Shown piece by piece: positions 31,484 through 43,611 of a stretch of 64,000 nucleotides of DNA. The notes under the pieces were generated by a model. The model had not been told where the DNA came from. It made no database searches and saw only the letters and a program-made list of their open reading frames with translations. The translations under genes and the position numbers were made by a program. The first letter of the stretch is position 1; each line of letters opens with the position of its first letter. Location: positions 27,156,001-27,220,000 of the forward strand of contig NC_088800.1 in NCBI RefSeq assembly GCF_011386835.1. Direction: 5' to 3'. The DNA comes from Chrysemys picta bellii. Taxonomy: Eukaryota.

Positions 31484-34400
31484 CTAAAATGTGGGGAAAA
31501 TTAGGTTATTTTGATTTTTCAACTTCTGAATATTTGTTTAAATTTTACTTTTATGTATAAAATGTGAGAGTATCAGACAGATTAATTTTCAATTAGTGTC
31601 CAACATTGCTCACTTGATACTTCAAGGAAAAATCTCTAATCTTCAGAGATTGCAACTTGAGTATGCAACAGAACAGCTGAAATATTTCCCCAGAAGCATT
31701 CCCAATAAGCCACCAACTTTACTTCACTTTTCTTAGTTTATTTCACACAAATGAATCGTGACACATAAAATACTAAAAAACATGGATAGTTTTACAATGA
31801 AAAATAAGCTTTAAAAGAGTGAACTGAAGCTTTTACCTGACCAGACTGTTTAGGATTTTGATTCTACTGCAAGAGCTGATGACATCATTGGCCATTAAAG
31901 CAGTATTCCTTACATTATTTTGGTCCTAATGATGTCATGAATTCTTGCTGAAGAAAGGAAGACCTTGAAATCAGGTCCTGGTAGGTAAGAGGAAATTATC
32001 TTATTACTTGTTTTAAAATATCGGTCATTTTTAATTCTACCCGAGGCATTCTATTACTGTCAAGTAACTAGCGTTGGATTTTACAATCCTTCAGTTCACT
32101 TCTGAACTTTCTTACTATATTGGAGCAACCTTATTCTCTAATCAACCCACAAATTTAAGTCTCACTAACATGAATATGACACAACAAAACCATCACTAGT
32201 GACTACTCAACATAAGCTTAAAATTAAACATTCAAATATATATATTTGCTCTTATGGGAAGTGTATATTTTATATAAACTAGGCCATAAGCAGAACCATT
32301 TTCTTACGAATTATCAGAATTGTACAAGTGGGTATTATCTCTTTTTACAAAGGAAAAACTACGATGCAGAAATTTAGTGAGTTGCTCACAGTCGCACAGA
32401 AAATCTGTGGCAGCGATGGGAAAAGAATTCATGTCCTAATTCCCTGTCCCATTTTCCAGCAACTGGACCACGTTGCCTGAAGATTGTGCTATAGTGTCCC
32501 AAGTTGAATAGTCTGTAGTATATTTACAGGTTGCACAGGTTGTATTTTATAACCTCTCCTGCCATCTACAACAAAAATTAAAAGAACCTTACAAGTCATA
32601 TGGTACTTTAATATTTCAAAACACTTTCAGAGCTGTTGGGGAACAATTCAACATCTTGGCCCTAGACTGAATAAGTACTTCAAATTGTAACAATAGGATT
32701 TTCAATGATTTATGAGCATTAGTGCTAAACTGAGCAAAAAAATCTCCAAAAACCCATGTTTGGAAAATATAAGAATATGCTGACATAAGGGCATGTTCTT
32801 CCCTATAAATTTGTAACTCAAATAAGAAAAATAAAGGTTAAGTTAACAAATAATTTAGGATGCTTTTTTGTGATGTAGAACAAAATGTATGAAAACCCAA
32901 GTGAGCAAGGGTTCAAATTGGAGAACACCAGTCCAGAGACTGAGATGACCATCATGAAATGGAGAGCTTCCCAGTACAACAGAACTCGGTAACTTGGACC
33001 CCTATCTGTTCCATTTTATTGTGTGTTATATATGTAAAACTGTAAATGACAATGATTTTGTCTGAAATTTACAAAGAAAAAACTGATTAAGCCTACACTG
33101 GGAGGACTCATGCCTCAGTTTCCCACCTTACAGAGCCATTCTGGTTTTACTGGGTGTATCAGTAAATACAGCTTATTGGTCAGTGTCTTTGGTAGAGTGT
33201 AACCATACGTTATGTCTACAGTTAGGAGTGCTTTACTGGTCAGTACAAGTATACCAGTATACTACACCAGCAAAGTGCTCCTAGCGTGGAGGCAATTTAC
33301 ATCAGCAAAGCTATGCTTTTACTGATACAGCTTATTTTACACCCCCACCCAGAGCAAAACTGATACTGGCAAAACTGTACTATTACAATTGCATCTACAC
33401 TTGGAGCTTTTACCAAAAGAGCTAAGTCAGTACGAGATCACACATTGAGGGGACACAACCAATAGAGCTATGCTGCTGAAAGTCTAATGTAGACATGGCC
33501 ACACTGTGCTTTAAAAAATGAAAGTTTTGTGGGGAAGCTGAGGGAGAAACACAAGATACAGAATTACTACAATCTGATTGTTAATGGAAACTAAGCTACA
33601 ACTGTTATAACTTCAAAGTCTATTTCCAACTGCATCATATCCCTAGAGTAGAGAATCCAGATCAATGCCACAAAACTAGTTTGTTTTCTGGGGCATAAAT
33701 CACTGATACTACAAAGCAAAGAATAAAGCATTTACCCTTAAACAATGTTGACTAAACAAAAGTAGTTTGTTAAAACAATTTGAAATGCAAGATGGCAGCG
33801 TGCTCCTGTTCTAAGAGAAAATGTGCTTCCTGAGAGGAGAATAGGGACATGGTACAGTACAACTGTAGGTGGCACCCACTACATGTGCAGTAGCCACTTT
33901 ATAGCTACAAATAGTGGTATTTACTTTTTAGAGAAAATGTTGGCTTTTAAAATAGGAAGACTAGAGAAGAGGATGGGAACCTTATGGGAAAAGGAGATGC
34001 AAGAATGGGAATATCATCTGCACAAAAAGGAAGTGAACAGTGACAGACATGCCTCTAGGACAAGGAACGCTATTATCTAGACAATGAGCGTGAACCGATG
34101 ACATTTTCTTTAAATAGCAGCTAACTCTATAGTAGGCAAGAATGCAGTGTTTAGACTTACCTCTACAGATTTCCTTCTAGAAATTCAAGCCACTGCCATT
34201 TATTGTATATTTAACTTCATTTTAAAACTATTTTGAAATTTGCAATTTCAAAGAAAAAAACATTTCTATCCACTTGCATTAAAATTCTATTTGAATGTTT
34301 TAAATGAATTCAATAAATCATCCTATTCCATGGAAATAAACGTAAGGTGGGAGCCTTCTCTTTCAAATCCCAATTCCTGATGTCAAAGGATCAAGTCAAG

Positions 34401-35872
34401 ATGAATGTTAGAGTCAAATGGAAGTATATCATACAGAGAACTCTAGTTTTAAAGATACAGTATTTCGTATATATTGTGGTTTTAAATTAAATCTTAAACG
34501 GATATATGTATGTAAAAAACTTTGATTAGATTATTAATAACAATAATAATAACTAATTAGCATAGATCTTCTTATAGCTAACATGTTCCTGAGTTAGATA
34601 CTTTCAGCAAGATTACTGCACTATTGAACAGCTGAGTGAGCTTTGCTTAGTCTGCACATTTCAAGAAATACTGCTTTTCAAAGTTAGGTTGAGAAACAGC
34701 ACTTTTTTATTGATAAACAAGTGTCCATTAGTTTAATACACTGTTAATACTGTGGGATCTATTGTCCATATCTCTTTGGAAAATATGGCTGCATTACAAA
34801 AAATGTCTGGAACACTCGCATCTTCTTTTCAATGGAATATCACAACTCAGAACAGCAATATTTTGTTCTATGGGAAAACCCCTGAACTAGACAAGTGCAC
34901 AATATTTATATTTCTACCCAGCCTGGGCAATAGTCTATCTGATGTTTTATTGTTTAATACTGCCAGTTGCATATTTGTGAAAGAGGGGAATTGAATTTAC
35001 AGGGAAACTTTAAATAGGCTGTGCCTTAAATCCAATTATGTTCATAATCAGCTTTAGTCACATGATGTAATGAAGGTCACAACTTAGTTTTTGTTGCAAA
35101 TCTAATATCGGCAAAGGTTATCGTAAGGTATGTTTCTTTTAAAGGTCCTTAAATACAAATCAATCATCTGTTGGAGGATTTCATTTTCTGATGGTGGGAT
35201 AGTGAAGGAATAGATGGGGGCGCAAGAATAAGAACAAAGCAAGCAGTCCTGGATCATTCTCAAGTGACACCCAGACACCAATAATTCACGCTGAAATGCA
35301 CCACATATTCCTCCCCATACCCTTTTCTACCCCAGACACAACGTTACACACACTTCCACAATCACAGAAGAAAAAGTTAGTAGGCAGTCAAAGAAAAGAC
35401 TGAACAGAAAAAACCTAGTATTTCATTTTCTATCTTAGGATTTGAGATGAATACTTAAGCCCTAAAAGAAAAGTTAACACTAGAACACACTGAAAGCCAC
35501 ATTTACAAAGCCACATAAGATTACTTTTGCTGTAGACCCAAACCAAGAATATTTTACTATACATATGATATTTCTGTTAATCCACTGTCTATGACTTTAA
35601 AGAATATGGCTAACAAGCTTTCCTCACCTGAGAGAAATAGTGTATGTAGCACACAGACTTTTAAGAAATAGTTGTTATATAATGTGTTTCATGTTGAGAG
35701 ATTTTAACACAATTTTTCTCTATCAAAATGAAAACTTTCAAAGATAAGCTATTTGATTTGTGGCCCAGTCCCCAAATATAAAGATGGCTGTAAATTGTCT
35801 TGTTTGCAAGACGAATGACAACACTAGTCGTAAGTTCTCCAACTTATTTTTTACTTTTATTGATAAATGAAT

Positions 35873-36009
35873 AAAGAACAGGATACTTGTGGCGCTTTAG
35901 AGACTAACATTTATTTCAGCATAAGCTTTCGTGGGCTAAAGCTCACTTCTTCTTCTTCTCCTGTTCCTTCTGTGGATACAGACTAACACGGCTGCTACTT
36001 TGTAACCTT
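35873..36009. mobile_element. Short Penelope-like insertion (two inverted pieces) with a truncated hammerhead motif
   Basis: 10-bp TSD ATAAATGAAT; minus strand keeps stem II and GAAAGCTTATGC but lacks the CT of CTGAAGA. Confidence 0.75.
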
Positions 36010-37847
36010 ATAAATGAATGTTCAGTGGCTGGCTGTTGCCAGGGTCTTTTAAGCTATTTTTTACCGGATTTTGGTAACTTTCTGTAAACTAGTGACAATG
36101 TCACCACAAGACCTTTTTTACCTCAATTAGGCATGTCAGCTTCCTCATAAGTGCTCTTATGTTCTGTATTTTTTATATTATTAGAGAGGAGAGGTTGAGA
36201 CTTAAGCTGTGTCTTGCAATAAATCAAATATTTTTAAAATTGCTGACTTTAGCATTAATTTTTCAAAAAATCCTGGTTGTTTAGGATGATTTTATTGGAC
36301 TATGTTGCCTGGCTCCAAGATAAACCTCAGACTTGAATTTCTAGTGACCTAAAGAGTGACGACCAATAGAAAGTGATGACCAACAGGTCATCTGATGTAC
36401 CAGCAGATTTCACATACACAATCACCACACAATCTTATTGCCACTCTGCAGGGGTGGCAATAGAAACCCCTTCCTTAACAAAAAGCCACTCATTGGTCAC
36501 CACAAATCCAAATCACGACTCTTGTTCATACAGTCCAACAGGACCTTCAATGTGGCCTGTTCAGCAGCACGGATAATGAAAATAGTGTTTAGTGGGATCT
36601 GTCAACAACGACCTGCCTTTCCAGGAAACAAGATTGCAGTTTAAGAAGCTAAGAATGCTAAGGGATTTCCTAAAGTCTCTTTGATGCAGTTTAGGCAAAT
36701 AGTTCTCACTTGCAAAAGAATGGTACAAGATGTTGATATCTCAAATGGACTTACAAGTCTGTGGTTTGTTTTTTCTTATAACCGTAGCATTCTTTTCAGA
36801 GATATGTAGAGACCCCTTAAATGAGTATTTTTCTAGGGTTTCTCATATCTGAATATGGGGTTTTGAAGTCCCATGTTCCAAAAAGCTTCAGGGGACAAGA
36901 GGTCCTTTGTGCAGTAGCAACCTTAAAGAGGTTTAAAGTGACATCAAAATACAACAGACATACCTAAGCCATATTATTAGTGTATCAAGACACTAACTAG
37001 CTAATGGTGCCTACCATCTCTACCAAGGGGAGCTGACTTGAGATTCCGGTACAACCTGACACCACATTTGCAGTCAGGAATTTTTCAAGCTGTCTTTACT
37101 ATAGCAAATGCTTCTCAAAATGAAGATCCTTCCCATGATGGCAACTTTTTAGAGAAAATTTACTGAGATGAGACTAGAACTTTTCTAGAACCTTTTTCTG
37201 CTGGCTGTTAATTGTTCAATTGGAATATTGACACCAAACGAGTTTGGATTAATTAGTATCCCTTTGATAGATATATGTACATTCCAAAAACAAAAAATTA
37301 TTAGAATGTGTGGCTATGCTACTATTCAGAGTAATATAGCCTCAAACAGAACTCATATTCACTTTAAAAAAATCAGTGGCACTACACTTCTGCTGTGCAA
37401 GGAGCGGGGCAGCAAGGACTACCCATTCATTTCAGTGAGGGCATTACTCTGATCTTGGGGGATGAGGAGGAGGTCCCAGAACAGCCTGTGATGGTGAGTG
37501 CTAAAGCAGTGATGCTTCCTTGAATCACAAAGGCTTATGCAGCGCTTCTCTTGATGCTTTTAAACTCCTGTGTGAAGCATAGCTCCATTTTGGTTCTCCA
37601 GTTGTCCTGAAGTAGCCCTTGATCCTAGCTCCAGTGTTCGCAGAGCTGACCAGCAGAGGAGCATGTGCCTTCACCAAAAGGCAAGTTCAGTCACCTCTTC
37701 CAGACCACAAGTTTCCAGTAAAGCCAAGAAGGGCATCTGGACCTCTCCACTGGATGTAACTAGGATGATCTTCTGGGCAAAGAGTTGCAAGGTAATATGT
37801 TGAACAACTGAAAAACTATTTTTCCTATTCTCCTACAAGTGTTAGAT

Positions 37848-38754
37848 CAGGGGTCAGCAAGCCGATTTTGAGTGGCACGCAGCTCCCTGCCATGGTCCCG
37901 GTCCCCAGCCCCACTCAGCAGCCCCGCCCACTGCTCTCCCCTGCGGGGGCAGGAGGCAGAAGCTTGGTTCTGCAGCAGCCAAGCTTCCCTCCTTCCCCGC
38001 TTCTTCCCCCAGTGCGGTGCTTTCCTGCCCCTCCTCCTCTCCCTCCCTGACCAATCATCTGATGGCCCTAGCGAGGGGGAGAGGGAGAAGAGCGGCAGCG
38101 TGCACACAGCTCCATAGAGGACGCAGAGAGGTAGCCGCTCAGGGCAGGGGCTGGGAGCACCCCCACGAGCCGAGCACCCCAGCCTTCTGCCCTGCATCCC
38201 CCACACACTCCAGCCCTCTGCCCTGAACCCCCCCCACATACTCAGCCTTCTGCCCTGCACCCCCATACCCCTAGCCCTCTGTCCTGACCCTTGAACCCCC
38301 CCACACCCCTCTGCCCTGACCCTTGAACTCCCCCCCACACCCCCAGCCCTCTGCCCTGAACCCCCCACATCCCAACACACCCCCAGCCTTCTGCCCTGCA
38401 CCCCCCACACACCCCAGTCCTGATCCCTGAAACACCCCCTTCCCCCAGGTCTGGGGTCCCGGCCATAGGCCCTGCTCAGCCCACTGCCGGCCTAGGTGAA
38501 CAGAACCCCAGGCTGGCAACGAGCTGAGCAGGCTGGTGGCGTAAGATCAGCATTTTAATTTAATTTTAAATGACGCTTCTTAAACATTTTGAAAACCTTA
38601 TTTACTTTACATACAATAGTTTAGTTATATAATATAGACTTATAGAAAGAGACCTTCTAAAAACGTTAAAATGTATTACTGGCACGCGAAGCCTTAAATT
38701 AGAGTGAATAAATGAAGACTCGGCACACCACTTCTGAAAGGTTGCCTACCCCTG
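37848..38754. mobile_element. hAT-type MITE, same family as 30016-30351, with internal minisatellite
   Basis: TIRs caggggtcagcaagc / ggttgcctacccctg; perfect 8-bp TSD TGTTAGAT; shares the AT-rich 3' 210 bp with the 30 kb copy; about 30-bp ccccagccctctgccctg repeats at 38165-38420. Confidence 0.92.
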
Positions 38755-40483
38755 TGTTAGATATTTGAAACAGAGACCACACTGGGGAACTTTTTACATA
38801 TCCTTACATATAATCCCTTTAAAATCCCTACTGTCCTCAATATTTAGTGAGGGCCATAACATTTTACATGTAACTAGCAGGCAGAACAGCTATGAAGTGT
38901 TCATGACATTAGTAACCAGGGATGTTTTAAGTGAGAAATCTATTTTTACTCTGTCAGAATACCAAGTGTAATATCAGTCTGGAGAGCAAGAAACCAGGTC
39001 ACCTCCTCCCGTCCCCCATTTGTTAGTTGATGGCACTGTTTACTAAGCAATGTATGGTTAAATAATTAAAAGTACACTGGATTTAGACACATGGTTCCTC
39101 ACAAAGTGATTTAAGAAAAACTAACAATTTTAAAACTTATAAATAGACGTTAAACCTGTATTAAAGGAGTAGTTTTTTTTTCTGAACTATCAACCACTCA
39201 CACTGGGTTCCCATAACACCTTCAAAAATATTTTTATCGACAAGATGGTTACCACAAGTAGTGGGCACAGAAATGCAAGTTGTAATTAAAAACACAATTT
39301 GTAAATTTGAGTAAATTTATTCATGGTGAATAAAGCTACCTTACCAAAATATGGACTCACCAGAACAGGTACAGGATGATTTTTTTTTTTAAATGATTAA
39401 AACTTCTCCAAGGCCTTGAAGAGGCCACCAAAATTTCCACTTCCTTTATGACTTACTGCAAAAGAATTATGAGCAGGCTTTCCCTTCCACAACTAACCTG
39501 AGTAAACATGCAAGTCATTTTGTATTTCATAATGTGACTCAAGAACATATTATATAGTTCACATATTTAAATAAAGAGTTCCTTTGAAAGCCTTACTGTG
39601 TAGAAGAACTGGTTTCCAAAACTAATCCATCAATGAATGCAACTAATTAGCATCATATTGGCACTGAGTTATAAAACAGTTTGATTGGGAGTGGCTCAGG
39701 AATCTGAAATCATTCATTTTGTGTTCAGAGTCATGAATAGAAGGCTGCCTTCCACTGGTCACCACATCCACTGTAACCGACAAAAGCCTGCTTATAAAGA
39801 TGACAATATAATCCCCATTTACAAAAAAACTTTTGTTTGACTACTGAATAAGACTTCATTGAGATGCTAATCATATGTTGCATTATGGTTCCTGAAAAGG
39901 CTCTAAAAGTATATCGTTTCAAAAGGTTCAAACACAGCTGACCAAAAATATTCCATCTTAAAGCAAAAAGATTCCTTCCCCTCCCCCACAACCTGCTGAA
40001 ATAGCACAGACCTTTTTTTGTTGCTTCTCCAGTACGAGCTGTTATCTATGTCATGAGAGTTAGAAGCAGTTATAGATTATACAGCAAGAAGAACTAAGAG
40101 CCTGTTTGTTAAACTACAATCACAAACAAGATTACATATCTAAGGCCTGGTCTACACTAGGAGGGATCGATCTAAGATACACAACTTCAGCTACAAGAAT
40201 AGCGTAGCTGAAGTCGACGTATCTTAGATTGAATTCAAATTACTTACTTCGCGTCCTCACGGCATAAGACAGTATGCTTTGGAAGGTGTCTCACAAATCG
40301 TTTTGAGGTGTCTTAGTAAACATTATACATTAATTTTTAAAATATTACAATGTACACAAGTCCTGAAGTTATCCTAAGCTGATATCAATGAAAAATCAAA
40401 GCAAAATTAAATAGATAATGATGAAGAAACTCTTTCCATTTTAACAGAAACTCAGAAGGACATTAAAACAGCAGCCTCTAGAG

Positions 40484-41261
40484 CAGTGGTCTCGAACCTT
40501 TTTACGCCCAAGATCATTTTTTGAATCCAAGGGCAACCCAGAATCTACCTCACCCCTTCCCCGAGGCCCCCATCCCTCACTTTCACTGGACTGGGGCAGG
40601 GGTTGGGGAGGGGTGTGGGCTCTGGGCTGAGGCCGAGGGGTTCACAGTGTGAGGGGGGCTCTGGGCTGAACCTGGGGCAGGGAGTTGGGATGCAGGAGGG
40701 GGTGAGGGGTGCAAGCTCTAGGAGGGAGTTTGGGGGCAGGAGGGGGGATGGGGTGCTGGCTCTGGCTGAGGGATTAGGACTGGAGCTTGGTGTGCAGGAG
40801 GGGGTATGAGGTGCTGGCTCCAGAAGGGGGCTCAGGGTGGGGCTTTGGGTGCTGGCTCCAGGAAGGGACTCAGGAATCCGGGTTGGAGTGCGGCCTCCCG
40901 CTGGGCAGCAGGTTCAGCGAGGCTAAGGCAGGCTCCCTGCCTACCCCGGGCTCACACCGCCCCCAGAAGGGGCCTACGCGCCCCTGCGGCGGGGAGCATG
41001 TGGTTCCGTGCACTGCCCCCCTCTGCAAACACCGCCCCCGCAGCTCACCTGGCCAATGGGAGCGGGGGCAGTGCTTGCAGGCAGGAGCAGGGCGCAGAGG
41101 GAGACCCCTGCTCCGCCCCCCTCCTGCAGTGGCCGCTTCTGGGAGCCGTATGGGGCCGGGGTAGGCAGGGAGTCTGCCTTAAGTGGTAGCCACACTGCGC
41201 TGCCATCAGAGACCGCAATCGATTAGAAGATCCTCTAGGATCGACCAGTTGGCAACTATTG
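40484..41261. mobile_element. hAT-type MITE with G-rich internal repeats
   Basis: Degenerate TIRs (cagtggtctcgaac / gttggcaactattg); TSD CTCTAGAG / CTCTAAAG (7/8). Confidence 0.75.
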
Positions 41262-41434
41262 CTCTAAAGTCAGACATTTTAAAATCAGCATGTCAGGACA
41301 ACTTGCAAACAAGAGCTGTTACAGAGCTGACTGAAGAGCTATTTTCAATAACTCTTGGAACACTGGGGAAGTTCCAGAAGACTGGAAGAAAGCTGATGTA
41401 CCAATATTTTTAAAAGGTTAACAGGATGACCCTG

Positions 41435-41535
41435 ACAAAAACAACAAGGAGTCTGGTGGCACATTAAAGACTAACAGATTTATTTGGGCATAAGCTTTCG
41501 TGGGTAAAAACCTCACTTCTTCAGATGCATCAAGT
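41435..41535. mobile_element. Short Penelope-like insertion nested in CR1
   Basis: Flanked by ATGACCCTG (41426-41434, 41536-41544, repeated again at 41546-41554). Confidence 0.8.
41488..41528 (-). ncRNA. Minimal type I hammerhead ribozyme motif, intact core
   Basis: GCAU-CUGAAGA-A-GUGAGGUUUUUACCCAC-GAA-AGCU-U-AUGC: 4-bp stem I, conserved core, stem II, palindromic AGCU stem III. Confidence 0.7.
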
Positions 41536-43452
41536 ATGACCCTGTATGACCCTGGTAATTATAGGCTTATCAGCCTGACATTAATCCTGGTCAAAATAAG
41601 GAAGCAACTGACACAGGACTGTGGAAAATAGATCTTTTAAAACTATGTATTTTGACAAGATTATAAATTTGGTTAATAAAGCAAACACAGAGTCAGTATC
41701 TGACATCAAAACTAAGCTTGAGAGCCCATGCTTCGACGCCTACGCTGTTATTTTTAATGTGCTAGTTTGAGCTCCAGCTGCAGTATAGACAGCTACAGTG
41801 TAGACAGACCCAAAATTGAATTGTGACTAGGGTACAGTCATCAAGTAGGGATGTTTCTAGTTTGGTCTCAGTGACCAGTTCCTGGCCCTACAGCTACTTA
41901 ACATTATTATTAATGTGCACAAGCGGATGATACAAAGGCGCAGAGAGTGGTAAAGGAGACAGGTCACTGCTACAAAGCAACATGGATCACTTGGTAAGGC
42001 TGCACATATTTTATATGGCCAAATGTAAAGTTACACATTTAGATCAAAGAATATAGTCCATACTTGCAGAATGGGGGACACTATCCTGGAAAGCCATGAC
42101 TGAGAAAAAGGTATGTGCATTGCGGTGGATAATCAGCTGAACACCAGCTCCCAGTGTAGCACTGTGTCCAAAAGGGCTGCCGCTAACGTGATCTTTGGAT
42201 CTATCAACTGGGAAATCTCAAGTAGGAGTGGGGAGCTTATATTACCTCTATTGTGTTGGTACAACCACTACTGGAATGCTCTGTTCAGTTCTGGAGTCTA
42301 CAATTCAAGAAGGATGTTGATAAATTGGAGAGGGTTCAGAAAAAGAGCCATGAGAATGATTAAAAGTATTGAAAAACAATGCCTTACACCTTACAGCAAT
42401 AGACTCAAGGAGCTCAATCTATTTAGTTTAACAAGAGAAGGATAAGGGGTGACTTGATCAGTCTATAAGTACCTATGTGGGAAGTGAAACTTTGATAATG
42501 GGCTCTTTAATGTAGAAGACAAGAGTACAGCACGATACAAAGGCTGGAAGTTGAAGCTGGACAAATTCAGACTGGAAATAAGATGTAAATTTACAACAGG
42601 GTAATTAACCACTGGAACAACTTACCAAAGGTCGAGGTGGATTCGCCATTTTTGGCAATTTTTAAAATCAAAATTGGACGGTTTTCTATAAGATATGCTC
42701 TAGTTTGAACAGGAATTAATTCAAAAAGTACAGAAGCCTTAGGGCCTACGTTATATAGGAGATCTGACTAGATAATTACAATGGTCCCTTCTAGCATTAC
42801 AATCTATGACCTTTGTAGCTAGCATTTTCTGCACTTTCTCGTCAACTGAAAATTCCCCTCAGAACTGTGCCCCAGAATGCCAGATGCTAGCTGTTACTGC
42901 ACCTTTTAAGTACCAGTCTGAAGGAGTCTGGGACCCATATGTGCAGGGAAAGCTGTTGCTTTCCACATGGCTAAATTGGGCATCTTTCTTACATAATTAT
43001 ATGAAGCTAGGAGCACTTTAATGTGAATTAAGATTACTCATCCCTCCTTTTGGATACCACAGAACTTCACAAGAAAGCATCATGGCCAGTATGTGACATT
43101 TTAACGAGCTCAAGGGAAGGCTTTATGTTAACTTTGCAGGAAAGATCTCCACTAGTACTCCACTCCACTAGTCTGGCAGCTAGAGGGCTAGTCCAAGAGG
43201 CCAAGTAGTGAATAAAAAACAAAACAAGTTTGAAGTGGGGTAAGGTTTGTGCCTGCACTAGACTCCTTTCATACCATACCTGCACATGGATCACTTCAGA
43301 ACATCATGACTCGTACTGTTGTATGATAATGAGAATCTTGGAATATTTGTCTCTGTAGACCCCTCAGTTTGAAACTTACCATTGGCTTAGGCAGTTTTAC
43401 ATTTAATCAAAACGTTTTCTCTTTGTCTACAGCACAGAGTGGGAATACTTAC

Positions 43453-43611
43453 TGATATCATCTTCATGATAAATGACAGAGTGAAATGGTAGGGTTCTGT
43501 CCTTAATATATCTCTCTGCTGGCTCAACGTAAAAGGTGCCACTGTGAGTCTGGATAAATCCTTCAAATCTTCCATCAATAACAGATCCATGGCTAAAGCT
43601 TCCCTGCTCGC
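43453..43611 (-). CDS. ADAM10: ADAM10 exon 4 (prodomain)
   Basis: 159 bp, AG/GT; [52 protein letters not shown]. Confidence 0.97.

Larger units (their letters stand above)
41270..42810 (+). mobile_element. CR1 LINE fragments (RT region and 3' end), interrupted by other insertions
   Basis: gaagttccagaagactggaagaaagct, DNQLNTSSQC, ggctggaagttgaagctggacaaattcag and terminal atctatga typical of CR1. Confidence 0.8.

Noticed and set aside
31877-31950. C/D box snoRNA (CTGATGA...CTGA)
   Set aside because: The boxes are on the plus strand, antisense to the host gene, and are absent on the transcribed strand; kept only as a hairpin finding.
37440-37800. GC-richer, coding-looking stretch; also 63280-63930
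   Set aside because: Frames are interrupted and no motif was recognised; possibly old repeat remnants, but not supportable without a database search.
37847-38519. Gly/Pro-rich ORFs up to 187 aa, and similar ORFs at 40603-41226 and 18076-18362
   Set aside because: Translations of GC-rich MITE interiors and minisatellites.
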